Of a DNA stretch of 64,000 nucleotides, positions 47,345-59,857 are shown one piece after another (positions within the stretch are counted from its first letter, which is position 1; each line of letters opens with the position of its first letter). The position numbers and the translations under genes are program-made. The DNA lies in the NCBI GenBank assembly GCA_025558095.1, contig JAIVFI010000003.1:1090632-1154631 (forward strand), in the 5' to 3' direction. The stretch comes from Hyaloraphidium curvatum SAG 235-1 (Eukaryota > Fungi > Monoblepharomycota). The notes under the pieces were generated by a model that ran no database searches, was not told the origin of the DNA, and saw only the letters and a program-made list of their open reading frames with translations.

Positions 47345-47516
47345 GGCGGGGAGCGCTTTGTTGATGGTGCCAGAAGAGGGCGGCGATCGACGCTGATCGG
47401 CGATGCCGGGGAGGTTCGCGAGCGGATTCCGCGCTTCCACTATAGAGACGGGCGCGGCGAGGGAACTCCTCTAGCATTCGAACAGCAGAGGGGACGCGAA
47501 GGAGCGAGCCTGGGGA

Positions 47517-49028
47517 ATGCGGCCCTTCACCGTCCTCCTGAACGATGCCTTGGCCGCCCTTCGAATCGATGCCTACGCGCTCTCGTGCGCCTTCATCTTC
47601 CTCGTCGGCCAGCTGTTCGTGCTCGTCCCCGTGCTCGGCTCCTGGACCGCCATTCCGACGGGAGCGGACTGGGTCGTCATAACATGTGTCATGATCGCTG
47701 ACCGCGGAGTGTTCGGTTCCGTGGTCAAGTTTGGGCTGCTCCGGATCATGGGGACTCTGCTTGGGGTGGGGATCTCGGTGGCTCTGATCCTGGGCCTGTG
47801 GCACACGCCACCAGTCGGCTGCATCGGCTGCGAATGGAAGCCCTACGTCTACGCGGTCGTCTTTGCGTTCCTTTCCTACGGCTGCGTGTTCCTCAAGACG
47901 CGCCACGTCGACTACGACTACTGTTTCCTCTACGTGCTCCTGACGGTCTGCATCGTCGGCAACACGGCCTACCTCGAACTGGTCCACGACAGCGGGGAGC
48001 AGGTGAACCTGGTCATGTTCTACGCCGTCGGCCGGAGCATCGGCATCCTCATAGGCGTCGGTATCTGCGTCGTGTTTGGTCTTCTTCTCTCCCCCAAGGC
48101 GCGGCACAAGTTTTCGTCGGGGATGGCTGCGGTGCTCGAGAGCCTGGCGGGGACGGCCGAGCTGACGATCGGCGGCACGGTGCTCGAGGACTTCGCCGCT
48201 CGCAACCCTCCCCCCCGCCGCGCCGCGCTCTCCGCCCGCGGGAGGCCGCTGCTCGACAAGGCGCGCAACACCCTCGAGTCCTTGCGCACCCTCGTCGAGG
48301 GTTCCTTCGCGTTCGAGCTGACCCCCGCGCGGCCGCACAGGGTCGACAAGCGGCCGGCGCTCGAGGTGCTCAGGGGGGCGAGGCTGGCATACGGCTGCCT
48401 CGCGGGTATGTACTTTGGGAAGCTGTCGGCGCTGGCGTTTCTGGACCTCGAGGGGGCGGCATCGATACCAGTCGGGGCCGCCGAGGCCGCGGGTAAGGTG
48501 GGATCGGAGGACGCGGCAGCACCGCCCGCGGATCCGGATTCCAAGGAACAGTCGGACGCGGACGGCGACGCAACCCCCATGGATGCCCTCCCACCCGGCC
48601 CAACGGACCCGGACAAGGCGACCGCCCCCCCTCCTGACAATCCGCCCTCCGCTCCCTCCGCCGACGACGGCCACCTCCTCGCCCTCGGCATCCCCGCCTC
48701 CCTCTCCTCGCTCCCCACGCAGCGCGCCGCGATCGAACGCGCGATGCTCGCCTCCTGCTCCGAGCTGCGCCGCCTCTCGGGCAAGTTCGCCCTCCAAGCA
48801 CGCGGGGAACCGGCAGAGTCCGCGGCCCCGGATCCGGATCCCCTCGCGGGCGCGCTGGCCTCCCTGGCGGCCGGGATGGCGGGGATCAGGAGCGGGATGC
48901 GGGGTGCCGGGGACGGCGAGGCGCTGGGGATGTTCGCGGTGTGGGCCGAGATGGAGAGGACGAGGACGGTGGTGCTCGCGGTCGCCGAGCTGAGGGACAG
49001 GTGCGACCGGGTGCTGGCCGGGGCGTAG
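47517..49028 (+). CDS. ALMT/FUSC-like (aromatic acid exporter superfamily) membrane transporter
   Basis: About 6 N-terminal TM helices with WVVITCVMI..GSVVKFGLLRIMGTLLG and RSIGILIG, followed by a helical soluble domain. Confidence 0.75.
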   Translation: MRPFTVLLNDALAALRIDAYALSCAFIFLVGQLFVLVPVLGSWTAIPTGADWVVITCVMIADRGVFGSVVKFGLLRIMGTLLGVGISVALILGLWHTPPVGCIGCEWKPYVYAVVFAFLSYGCVFLKTRHVDYDYCFLYVLLTVCIVGNTAYLELVHDSGEQVNLVMFYAVGRSIGILIGVGICVVFGLLLSPKARHKFSSGMAAVLESLAGTAELTIGGTVLEDFAARNPPPRRAALSARGRPLLDKARNTLESLRTLVEGSFAFELTPARPHRVDKRPALEVLRGARLAYGCLAGMYFGKLSALAFLDLEGAASIPVGAAEAAGKVGSEDAAAPPADPDSKEQSDADGDATPMDALPPGPTDPDKATAPPPDNPPSAPSADDGHLLALGIPASLSSLPTQRAAIERAMLASCSELRRLSGKFALQARGEPAESAAPDPDPLAGALASLAAGMAGIRSGMRGAGDGEALGMFAVWAEMERTRTVVLAVAELRDRCDRVLAGA

Positions 49029-49225
49029 TGCCGGGGCGGGTTGTCCAGGACGTGGGATGGCGACGGTTGGCGGAGACCGGGATGATCAACGCAGGCATGA
49101 ACCTCTCTCGTTTGAAGAATTGAAGTATATGGTACAGCTTGATCGGCGGAAGGATGGCGAGCGGGAGAGCACGGTGACAGTGTAGCGCCTCGACGCTGGA
49201 AAAACAACCGGCGAACCGCCCGGCG

Positions 49226-50913
49226 ATGCACGTCCGCCGGCGACTATTCTGCCTCTTTCGCGATGCCCCGGTATTTCCGGGCCACGTGGCTCGTGCGCCC
49301 GGGCCCGGATTTCCTGCCTGGGCGCCGTCTGCACGCGCCGTCGGGTCACGGACGGCAGAACGTGTCGCCCGGTGCCTACTGCCGGCTCTGCCCCGGAATG
49401 CCCCCTCTCGGGCCCCCTCGCCTACGCGATGCTTTTCTTCCGGTGTTCCTCGAGTGGAAGATCCCCTAGGACGGCTCCGGAAGGTTCTGCAGAGCGCAGG
49501 GAGCGGCCGGATCCCGCCCCGTCGCGCCGCCGACAGGGTCTGGGAGGCCTATTCCGCGCTCGGATCCGCCCGGGGACTGGACAGCTACACGATTGGAGGC
49601 GTGGCACGTCATTTGGCGGCCCATGCCGTGGAGCTTCAGGCCGGGTTGCGGGGCAACGCGGGGTCAGGACACCGGGACCGCGCCTGGGCCTCGCTGGACC
49701 AGGCTTCGGAGCGGATGGCCCGGCTCTTCGTGGATGCCACCGAAGCTGGCATTGCCATTACGCCGTCCGCCGTGACGAGATTCGTCCAGCTGAAGGATCG
49801 CCACCTGGGGTGAGTAGAGAGAGGCGGGGCACCTTGGAGCCAGGAGCTCTGACGTTCTGTGTCGGCAGGCCGTACGCGGAATGCCGGAGGGTGGTCGACG
49901 TTCTGCATTTGAGGTTCCGCGTCACGCCGAACCAGCGCACGTTGAGCGCGTTGCTGCGCAACGTTGCGCACCGCGGCAATTACACCGCGTTCCTCCGGCT
50001 CCTCTATGAGGAGCTGACCGGGAATCCCGATCTAGTTGTGCACTCGTACATCCTCAACCTCTATCTGGCTGCCGTCGCTAAAGCTTCGCCCCTGACGTCG
50101 GAGGATCTGGCGGAGTATCCGCGCCGACAGGGCAGCGTGGCCGACCTCGCGATCCCGCTGTGGGCTCTGACGAAGGACCAACCCGTGGTCCGGACTGCGA
50201 GCCTGTATTCTCGCGATCTGGATGCTTCAGAACTGTCTCCAGACCCGGCTTCGGCTCTTCGGGAAGCAATCGTGAGCGGCCCGGCGCCCAACATCCTCGA
50301 CCTCTGCCGCCCCGCTATGCCTTCTGGATCCACGACACCGGTGCGGAAGATCGTGCAGCTTCTGTCGCTCGCTGCCGCTGGCTTTCGGCAGGGTCGGGAG
50401 GACGTTTTGGACGGCCGTAGTGTCACCGAGGCTGTCGTAGCCTTCTGCGCTTGGAAGCACCCCAGGTGCGCCCTGGCCACCTCGGAACTCTTTGCTACCG
50501 CGCCGTTTTCGATCCCGCCCCTTCCCGCGACATTCAACGTCTTGCTTGCTGATGCCTGCGATCGTAGGGACGCCGTTTCGGGCGAGGCGATCCTCGAGCG
50601 CATGCGGCAACGGGGCGTTAAGCCTCATCTGGAGATGTTCAATACCATTATCCTCTTCTACGGGACCACGGAATCCCTGCCGACAGCCCTCCGCGAGCTA
50701 CCTTTCGTGGGCATGCGCCCGCCCGTCCCCGAACCGGGTCTCACGCTGGTCATTTTCGACCTCGCCACGCGGCTTCGCGGGGAGCAGCTGCGGATCATCT
50801 CGGACAAGGGCAGGGGCTACCTCATCAGGAGCGGGTACCGCGTTCCTGACTGCGCCAACGCCCGGGAGATGCTGGCGATGCTCCTGCGGTCTGCAGCACG
50901 CACGCGGGGTTAG
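49226..50913 (+). pseudogene. PPR family copy F (open frame, but about 165 codons of the PPR array deleted)
   Basis: Intron 49810-49868. ...IILFYG joins directly to TTESLP at about 50664, whereas copy G has about 165 aa between these points. Confidence 0.85.
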
Positions 50914-51057
50914 TTCGCGCCGCGGGGTGACGCGAGCGACCCTGAACGAATCGTCTCTCGATCCTCGGCCGTCGGAAAATGACCCTGCTTTTGAATTGCA
51001 ATGTAGCCACCCGAATACATCGAGGAATAAACACGTCAATCCGCTCGCTGCCCTCCT

Positions 51058-51507
51058 CTACGCCTTGGCCGCCTCCTGCCCGACGAAGGCGGGCGCTGCG
51101 GGCGCCGGCGCCGTAGCTGCCCCCGCGAACCACTCGTCAGAAGTCGGCAACGACCCAAAGCGCGTACGCAGACCCACCGAGCCCTCCCTGCTCCCTCGCA
51201 ATCTCCTGCGAGATCCTGAGACCCTCCTGCGCCGCCTTGCGCTGCTGCTCCAGCGGCATGTCCGGTCCGAGCGCCTGGCCTGCGGGGCGGCAGCGCGTCG
51301 GCACGGGTGTTTGCAGCGCGGCAATAACGTCGACGCACCCTCCTGGAACGAATTGTACCCCCTCGGCCCGGTCTTGTCTGCCGTCCGCGGGCGGCGAAGA
51401 AGAGGTCAGCCCCGCGTCCTGCCCGCGCATCGATCCGGAAAGAGCGCTCCCGCGAACGCACCGACTTCCGTGGTGTCGCCGCAGATGCGGCACATGGTCT
51501 GGCCCAT
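51058..51507 (-). CDS. Small putative N-acylated protein, paralog 1 (4 exons)
   Basis: Spliced product MGQTMCRICGDTTEVDKTGPRGYNSFQEGQALGPDMPLEQQRKAAQEGLRISQEIAREQGGLATAPAPAAPAFVGQEAAKA; exon structure mirrored in paralog 2. Confidence 0.75.
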
Positions 51508-51976
51508 CGCTGCGGAGGCTCACTTGCTTGCGGGGGATCGGCGAAGGGATTGCGCTTCTGCGGCCGAGGCTTGGGCTGATCCCTGAAGGATTCCGAGAAC
51601 AATACCGTTCCGAGCGACCACGAGAGGATCCCATGCTTCCTACAGGCAATGGCCCGGGGTCCCGTGAGCGCTGCCCCCCGTGAGATCAGAGACTGATCCG
51701 GCCCGTGATCCTTCCTGCTCTGTTTCTCCGCACCTTTCCCGGCTTCCGAAACGGCCGCTAGCTGCTCTTCGTCGTGCGATCCAATTGAAGCTGCCGGCTG
51801 TGTTGTTAGCCTTCCAGCTCCCCTTCCCCGGCAGACAGATCAGGTGGCCGGAGACGACCGCTCCTGATCGGCCGCAACGCTGGACGCAAACAAAGACACC
51901 GAAATCCACAGCAAAGGCGGCCGAATATATCGAGGATTGAACATGCCGAAGTCCTGCTGCATGGCCCTAGTCCTCC

Positions 51977-52398
51977 CTACTTTGCCGCGGCGGGCGGCGC
52001 CGGCGCCGGGTGCCCCGCTGTCCGCGCCCGGTCAGCCGCGCTCTCGGCACCCCATCGAAAGCGGAGCACCCACCCAGCGACCCCTGCGTGTTTGCGATCT
52101 CCTGCTCGATCCGCAGCGCGTCCTGCGCCGCCTTGCGCTGCTGCTCGACGGACTGGTCGGGGCCGGTGGGCTGGCCTGCGGACGTAAGTGTGGGCGCCGT
52201 CAGCCGAAAGGGCGGCGCTGAAGCGGCCGTGACGCACCCTCCGCGAACGAGTTGTAGCCCCTCGGGCCGGTGTGGTCTGCAGATTGCGCCGGGGGCCGAG
52301 GGGCGGTCAGCGACCCCGCTCTGCGGCGCGGCGCCGGCCTGCGGAACCCCACTCGTCTCCGTGGTATCCCCGCAGATGGCGCACATCGTGTTGCCCAT
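51977..52398 (-). CDS. Small putative N-acylated protein, paralog 2 (4 exons)
   Basis: Spliced product MGNTMCAICGDTTETNHTGPRGYNSFAEGQPTGPDQSVEQQRKAAQDALRIEQEIANTQGSLAGHPAPAPPAAAK. Confidence 0.75.
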
Positions 52399-52823
52399 GG
52401 CGGTGTGGCGGTCGGTTCTGTTTGCGGTCGGGGGACGGATGGCGACAGTGGGTCCTAGGGCAAGGGATTGTTTGGCCGACCGCGCCAAGACTGGCGCCCC
52501 CTACGGATCGAGGAACCGCGCGTCTTCGGTGGAGTATGTCACTTTGTTTTGCGACTGGTGGAGAAGGGGGGCTACGATCATCGCCTCCCACCGGGGATCG
52601 CCCCCCACCGGAGATCGCCCTCAAAGGGGCCAGCCCCGCGAATCGACGTATACCTTGATTCGACCAGCGGGTTGAAGAATCCTTCAGCATTCTCTGCCAT
52701 AGATGACCGCTCTAGAACGGAACCCGTAGCGGGGAAGTGCCTGGGGAACTGGGCGAGGTGGCGCATTCCCGCCCGCCCCAGGGCCCGCCACCCCGAACCC
52801 CCGTCCCCGCTCATCCCCACGAG

Positions 52824-53240
52824 ATGGACGCCGCCCGCCCCCCCGCCGCCGGCCCCCCGCCCGCATCGTCCGTCGACGCCGCCGAGGCCGACCTCGCGCG
52901 GGTCAAGGCGTCGCTGGGCGGACCGGGGGATCTCAAGGCCGACTGGGACCTCGAGAGGGAGATCAGGCAGGCCGAGAAGCAGGCGGCCGCCGCGGGGGTG
53001 CGTTGCGCGCGTGGCGGGGAAGCGATGGGATGGCTGACGTTGGGGCAGGCCGAGGTCAAGCAGTACGGCGTGGAGCTCGAGGCGGCCAAGCGGACGGGCC
53101 AGATTCCGGGGCTCAAGCACGGCCCGACCAACCCGCAGGAGCTCGACGCCGAGAGGAGGGAAGCCAACGCGGAGAGGACCGCGGTGCTCGAGGCGGCGTT
53201 CATGCCCGGCGGCGGGGTGAGCCCCGAGCCGGACCCGTAG
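52824..53240 (+). CDS. Small hypothetical protein
   Basis: MDAARPP...ADWDLEREIRQAEKQ...EAAFMPGGGVSPEPDP*, with a probable in-frame intron at about 52998-53048. Confidence 0.6.
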   Translation: MDAARPPAAGPPPASSVDAAEADLARVKASLGGPGDLKADWDLEREIRQAEKQAAAAGVRCARGGEAMGWLTLGQAEVKQYGVELEAAKRTGQIPGLKHGPTNPQELDAERREANAERTAVLEAAFMPGGGVSPEPDP

Positions 53241-53428
53241 GGCGGACCTGGGGCTGGGCACCGAGGACACCAAGCTAGACAGCAATGATTTCGTCACACG
53301 CGGGGAATGATCAGCTATATCTACGGCTCCACTGCTTGGGCTCCGCGTCCCTGCGTGGTCCCGTGGCTGTTCCGAGCCCCACAGCCGGCGCCCGCGTGCC
53401 TTGATCCCCGCTCCCCGCCACACACACC

Positions 53429-54710
53429 TCACAACCTGAAGGCCCGGATCTCGCTGCTGGGCGCCGCCGGCAGCTCCCACCCCATCCCGTCGTCCCCCAG
53501 CACCCACGTCTCCCTCCCCAGCCCAAACCACCCCGCCCGCCTCGGCCTCTCCGCGTGCACCTCCCTGACAAACACCCGCTCCAGGAACGCGTTCGGCGGC
53601 GCAGGGATGAGGTGCGTGAACACAAGCAGTCGCGCGCCGCACGCGTTGGCCACCCTGGCGGCCTCGAGCGGGGTGGTGTGGTAGGAAACGATGTCGTTGA
53701 GGATGCGGGCGCCGTTGCGCTGCGCGGGCGCCAGCGCGCCGGGGTCGGCGGCGGCGATGCCCTCGAGCGCGCCGCGGGCGGCGGCGAGGATGTGGTTCGC
53801 CTGCGCCTCGTGCACCAGCACGTCGCAGTTTTCTGCGGCGCGGGCGAGCGACGGCGAGTCGGCGGAGCAGTCCCCCGAGATGACGATGGTGCGGCCGAGG
53901 TAGCGGAAGCGGTAGCCCACGGCGGGGTCGGCGGGGTGGTGCGAGACCGGGAAGGCGGTGATCTCGAGCCCCGTCTCGGCGTCCTTGAGCACGGTGACCT
54001 CGGCGTCGCCGTCGAGCGCAAACGGCCTCGCGACCATGGTCCCCCTTTCCGGATCCGCCACCGCGGCGCCGTGGTGCGCCGTCCTGTAGCCCCTGTCCAG
54101 CGCGTACGCCTCGTTGTACCCCGCGACGACCCGGTCGACCCCCGGCGGGCCGTGGACGTCCAGCGTGCCCGGCCGCCCGCCGACCCACGTCATCAGGTTC
54201 ACCTCGCCCAGGTCGGCGATGTGGTCCGAGTGGTAGTGCGTGAAGAGGACTCCGGCGACGTGGGCAAAGGGCGCGCGGAGCAGGGACAGCGAGTTGGAGA
54301 CCATGGGGCCGGTGTCGACGAGCCACAGCTTGCCCCCCGCTGGCGAGCACATACCCGGGGAGGGCGATCGATCAGGGGACGGATGATCGGCGCGGGCGTT
54401 TTGGCAACCCACCGACGACGCCGGTGCAGCTCTTTGCCCTGCGCGGATGCACCAGCGGGCTCGCCGTGCCCACGAGCACCACCGCAAACTGCCTCTTCCG
54501 CGCCTCCGCGTCGTCGATCCCCTCGCCTTCCGCCAGCCCGAACCACCGCCGGGCCCCCGCCGCCACGCGCAGCGCCCCCGCGCGCGCAAACGCCCGCAGC
54601 AGCGCGTCCTGCACGCGCCACAGCGACGCGGCGCCGCGGAGGGCGAGCACCGCAGACAGCGCGAAGAGCACGGCGCGGGCGGGGCGGGGGAGCCGCGCGA
54701 GGGCGTCCAT
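53429..54710 (-). CDS. Metallo-beta-lactamase fold hydrolase, RNase Z/ElaC (AtsA)-like
   Basis: LVGTASP, WLVDTGP, FTHYHSDH, VSHHP, VGYRF, VISGDC, LVHEA, YHTT and FTHLIP; one intron. Confidence 0.9.
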
Positions 54711-56207
54711 CGCAGGTCGGTTGGAGAGGGAGACAGTTGCGGGCGGGTCGGGAAATCGGGGGTTCGGTCGGTCGGGAGCTCGCGGCGCGTCAACCGGTTC
54801 TCGCTATCCGCAGCCGGGGCCAGGGGTTGGCCGAGGAGGCAAACGGACTGCAACGAAGGCGTCGGATGGACAGCCAGGACGATTTTGGATGGAAGGCACC
54901 CCGAGGGGGAGGGGCTGCGGGGGAGCGGCCGGAGATGGCGCCATCCCCGAGGATACCGGCCACTTCGCGGGGTCCCCAATAAAAATTGTCCAACCGCCCG
55001 AAACCGGTTTCGCTCAGGTCTCCCGATCTCATACTTGCCGCTTCCGAGCTTGGGGGCGGCTCCGGGTCGCGTCCGGGCCAGCACTGCGGGTCAAAGCGCT
55101 TGGCCACCGGGGACCCCCGTCGCATCAGCAAACGCGTGCCGTTCAGCTCCTATTCCCGTTCTGCGCTATCAATTCAAACAGGGCACCGCATCCCGCATGG
55201 GGATGCATCGTGCTACCGGCCGGGAAATGGAATTCCGCACGGCTGTGCCTGCGTCCGGGGTCCGCCAAGCCCCTGTCAGCACCCGTCGCGCCCCTAGATG
55301 GCCCACTCTGTTGTTCCATCCCAAGAGGAGCCGGGCCGACCCGTTGCGGAGCCCGGGAAGCAGTGCGCGGTCGGCGGTGGTTCGTTGGGTCCCCAGGTGC
55401 CTGGCGGCCGCCCGCCGCGAACAACCTCACGGGCCCAACGGGAACGCGCCGTCCCCACGGCAGCAGACACTCCGCATCGTTTACACTGTCTCAAGACCTT
55501 TGTTTCAGGCGTCATCCCGCCGCCGCGCTCGGCATCGGGATCGGAGTCGGGGCTGGGGCGCCGCGCCGCGCCGCGCCGCGTTTCCCGCATGCGGCTTGGT
55601 AAGCGCCGCGCCGGAGCCGGTCCCAAGGCTCTTTTGGCCGGAACGGCGGCCGCGATCGGGGGACCGGTTTCGGAACGGTCCCGCCGGACCGGATCGAGGG
55701 CGCACGGATGCGATCCAGGGGGCGTCCGACGGATCCCGGGGTTGGCCGTTTGGCGGGTCTCGGCCCCGTCGGCCGCCTTGATATGGGGAGCTTTCGGGGC
55801 GCCATCCGCCCCCGGTCGGGCAGGCGCCCGGACGCGAGGACGCGGTTGCGAACCGGTAGTTTGCCGCACGCATTTGCCCCGCAGCCTGCCCGCGGCGCCG
55901 CGGGTGATGGGGTCCGAATCGGGCCGGCGGCTGGGGCGGCGATTGAAGCCCCGGAGCCCCGGTGCTGGAACCCCGCCTGGGCGCGCCGCCGAACCCCCGC
56001 AGCCCCGGCGATAGGCATTGCGGGTGCAGGCAAATTGAGAGCGGAGGCGCCCGACCAGCTGTGTGCATCGGCAGGCCGGGTGCCGGGGTCCGCTGCCAGG
56101 GCCTCGCTGCGGCGAAAGTGCCTCGGGGCGGCGGGCGGTCGCCGACGCGGGTCGTTTCGCGGGGGGCGCGGCAGAGGACGCCTCCGCGGCACGGCGCACC
56201 GGCGGAG

Positions 56208-58903
56208 ATGTCCGGCGAAGTCCCGCCCGACGCGCCGCGGCCGGTGCGCGCCCACACCGCGGTGTCGTGCCAGGCGTGCCGGACGCGGAAGACGCGATGC
56301 GGCGGCGACGGGGCCTCTGCCTGCCCCTTCTGCATGTCGCGGGGGCTGCAGTGTGTTTACCCGCAGACGCGGCGGGCGCAGATACGGCACCCTGCGGTGC
56401 CCAGGGCGGCGGCGGCGGGCCAGGGGCCGCCGGCCCCCGGGTGGCCGTATGCCGGCTACGGCCAGCCCGCCCCCAGCTACGGCCAGCCCGCAGGTTATCC
56501 GGCCTACCCGCCCTACGACGCCGCGTGGAGGGACGGCGGGTGGCGAGCCGACGGGGCGTGGAACCCCGGGCAGCCGGCCAACGCCCCGCCCCACAGGCCG
56601 CCGTACCCCCCCTACGCCTCGCCGCAGCCGCCGGCCTACCCCGCCTTCCCCTCGCGCCCGATGGACTCGCTGCTGGCCGCCGTGCACATGGACCCCGCGG
56701 TGGCAAACACGCGCTGGCCGGCCCCCTACCCGCAGCAGCCGCAACCGCTGCCGCCGATCCAGCAGTCGCTGTCGCAGCAGCAACTGGCGCCCCAGCAGGC
56801 CGCCGGCTACGGGTACCCGCAGACGGGGGGCGACAGGCGGCCGTCGTGGGGCGACGCCGACGCCAACCTGGAGCGGAGGCCCTCGTGGACGGACAGGCTG
56901 TTCGAGCAGGCCAGGCCCGTTGTGGCGCCTGATGCGGAGCCCTCGCCTGCGGAAACGGCCCCGTCACCGGCCGCAGCTGGCATGCCTTCCCCGGCTCCGG
57001 CCCTGGGCACCCCGTCGCCCGCAAACGCCCCCTCGCCCGGGAACGCCTCCAACTCCCCCGCGCCCGACGCGCGGCGCCCGATCGCGGACCTGTACCCCGC
57101 CGTGGCCCCCGGCATCTTGCCCCCGCTGCGCACGGTGCTCGCCCTCGCGGACCTGCACCTCGAGTACCGCAACACCTTCTGGAACTTCCTCCACTTCCCG
57201 ACCCTGAAGCACCGCATCGGCCTGGGCACCGCCGACCCGGCGCTGCTGCTCGCGGTCATGTACAGCGGCGCGCACGTCGTCGAGCTGGACCGCCGCCCCG
57301 CGTCGTCGGGCGACATCGCCCCCTTTGCCGACGACGACCCGCTGGACGCGCTCGCGGCGACCCCGGACGAGATCGAGGCCGAGTGCCTCAGGCTGCTGCG
57401 CGCGCGTACCGAGGCGTTCGCCGTGGCCGCCGAGCGCGGCGAGCCCCCGGAGCCGGCCGCCGTCCTGGACGTCCTGCAGGCCCTGACGTTCGCCCGGCCC
57501 GTCATCTCGCTCAAGAACCACGTCGCCGCCCTCGTGGAAATCACCCTCTCGATCGACGAGCTGTTCCCCCTCGCGCGGCTGGGCTTGCTGCCGGAGGACC
57601 GCCCCGGCGCCCGGGACCCGCGCAACCTCGCCGCCTGGATCGCCGCCGAGGAGCGGTGCCGCGCCAACGCCGTCTTCCTCGTCGCCGACGTCGCCCGCGC
57701 CGCCTCGACGCGCACCGTCTCGCGGCTGCTGCCGGCGCGCCAGGGGGCCGACCAGCCCTGGCTCGACATGCCCGCCCCCGCCCCCGACCTGGTCTTCGAA
57801 TCCCTGCCCCCCTCGCCCAGCACCCCCGCGGAGTGGGACGAGTGGTCCCGGCGGGACCGCGCCTCGGGCGGCATCCTCGACCCCGTGCGCCCGCCCCCGC
57901 TCCGCGGCGCCGTCACCTGGCCCGACCTCCCCCGCGGCCACCCCGAGCGCGACGCCGTGCTGCGCGCCGCCGTCGGCGGGATGCTCCGCAACGGGATGAA
58001 CGCGGGGATGCCGGTGGTCAACGACCTGTGGGCGCGGGCGCTGGTGGTCTGCGAGGCGTTCCGCCGGGCGGGGCTGAGGGTGTACGCGCCGCCCGCCGGG
58101 GGGGAGGTGGCACAGGCGAGGGCGGGGCTGGTGGAGGCAGCGGACGAGTTCTTTGCCAATTTGCCGGCGGAGATGAGGGAGTTCGATGCCAGGCAGGGGG
58201 ACAAGGGGGACTGGCACGAGGTCGGGGCCAGGTGGTGGGGCAAGGCGAGGAGGTTCCGCATGTGGGTTCGACCGTCGCGGGACGTCGACCCAGCGCAGAT
58301 GCTGACCTTCCGCCCTTTGGCAGCGCGCCGATGCTCTTCTTCAGCCACCTCATCCTCGTCCTCCTGCACTCCCCCGACGACTGCGCCGCCCAGCTGGAGC
58401 ACCCCGACCCCGACTGGCCGCGCTCGCCCTCCTTCCCCCGCGCGCTGGCGGAAGCCGACGCGGTCTCGGACCTCGTCCTCGCCGTCCTGCGCCCGCGCGC
58501 CCCCGGCGGCGGCGCGGGCGAGCTCACGGCCAGGGAGCTCCGCGCCGAGCGGGCCAAGCTGCTCGTGCCGATCTGGTCCTACGCCGTCTCGCGGACCGCG
58601 TGGGTGCACTGCATGCGCGCGCGGCAGCTCCGCGATTCCCTGCTGGCAGGCGACCCCGAGGCCGCGGACGGCATGGCCGCGCTGAGGGCTCGGATGGCGG
58701 GCGTGCTGGCCGGCCTCGAGGGGATGGCGGAGCACGGCCCCGCGTGGGGCAGCATGCGCGCCGCGTACGGGGTGCTGTGCGACGCGGCGGGGAGGATCAT
58801 GGAGGGGGGGTACGTGCCCGGGCAGGGGGAGCTGTTTTCGGCGGAGGAGACGAGGAGGTTGGGCTGGTGGGCGAGCAGCTCGTCGGTGTTTGTCTACAGC
58901 TAG
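56208..58903 (+). CDS. Zn(II)2Cys6 fungal transcription factor
   Basis: CQACRTRKTRCGGDGASACPFCMSRGLQC cluster, Pro/Tyr/Gln-rich region, FWNFLHFPT middle-homology motif; one intron near 58263-58323. Confidence 0.92.
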
Positions 58904-59228
58904 GGGGTTCGGGGGGGGAGGCAAGGGGACGCGGGGGACATGCACGGGATGGGCGGATGAACGATCGTAGGGAGAGAGCGTAGCTAGTCAGGGGTAAATC
59001 GACTTGGGTGAGATGCGGACGGTCGGAGCTGCGAACGTACCCGTCGAAATCGCCCCGGACTGAATCCAGGTAGACGCCCAGCTAGCCAGTTTTGCTTGCG
59101 CCGCCATACAGGCCCGCCTCGAAGTGACGTTGCGGACGGCGGGCGCGGGTCAGACAGACCCTGACGGACCCCACCCTGAATCCCCGCTCCCCGTCTCCCG
59201 CCCGCGAAACCGACAAGACAGCAACAGG

Positions 59229-59600
59229 ATGGCCGAAGCCGCCGCCGTACGTGCCGCACCCGCTTGCTCTGCGCGGCCGCTGACGGATCGCAGGAAACCG
59301 CCGCGCCCGCCGCCGTCGACCCCGCCGCGCCCGCCGTTCCCGCCGTTCCCGACGCCGCGGGGTGCGAACGCCGCTGTCGATCGGGCGCGCACTGCCGGCT
59401 GACGCCATCCCGCCGACAGCGCCGCCAAGCCCGCCGGCTCGGACTCGGAGTCGAGCGGCAGCGGCAGCGACAGCGACAAGGACGACCCGGAGAAGGCGGC
59501 AAAGAAGGCCGCAAAGAAGGCGGAGAAGGAGGCCAAGAAGGCCGCCAAGAAGGAGGGCAAGGAGAAGAAGGACAAGGGGGAGAAGGACAAGAAGAAGTGA
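59229..59600 (+). CDS. Small low-complexity Ala/Lys-rich protein (3 exons)
   Basis: MAEAAA|ETAAPAAVDPAAPAVPAVPDAA|..SDSESSGSGSDSDKDDPEKAAKKAAKKAEKEAKK...KDKKK*. Confidence 0.6.
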
Positions 59601-59857
59601 GGAGGCGTCGGCGGAAGGGGTGGCACGGGCGGGGCGCGCGTCAGCGCGCATCGTGTAGGGCGTGCCGCCACGCCACTATAGCCCTCAGACGGCACATGCA
59701 CTGTGCACGAGCGATTCTGGTGTACAAAGCGGCCTGCCCGTTGGCGGCCCGCAAGGACGTTCGGTTCTCCCGCTTCTATTTCTCTACCCGCGCTCGCGCA
59801 ACAATCCAGGGCATCCGACTCTCCCGCACCGCACACCGTCTCCGTTTCCGGTGATGG

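Noticed and set aside
52579-52622. 17-bp tandem repeat ATCGCCYCCCACCGGRG (about 2.5 copies)
   Set aside because: Too short to interpret; probably replication slippage.
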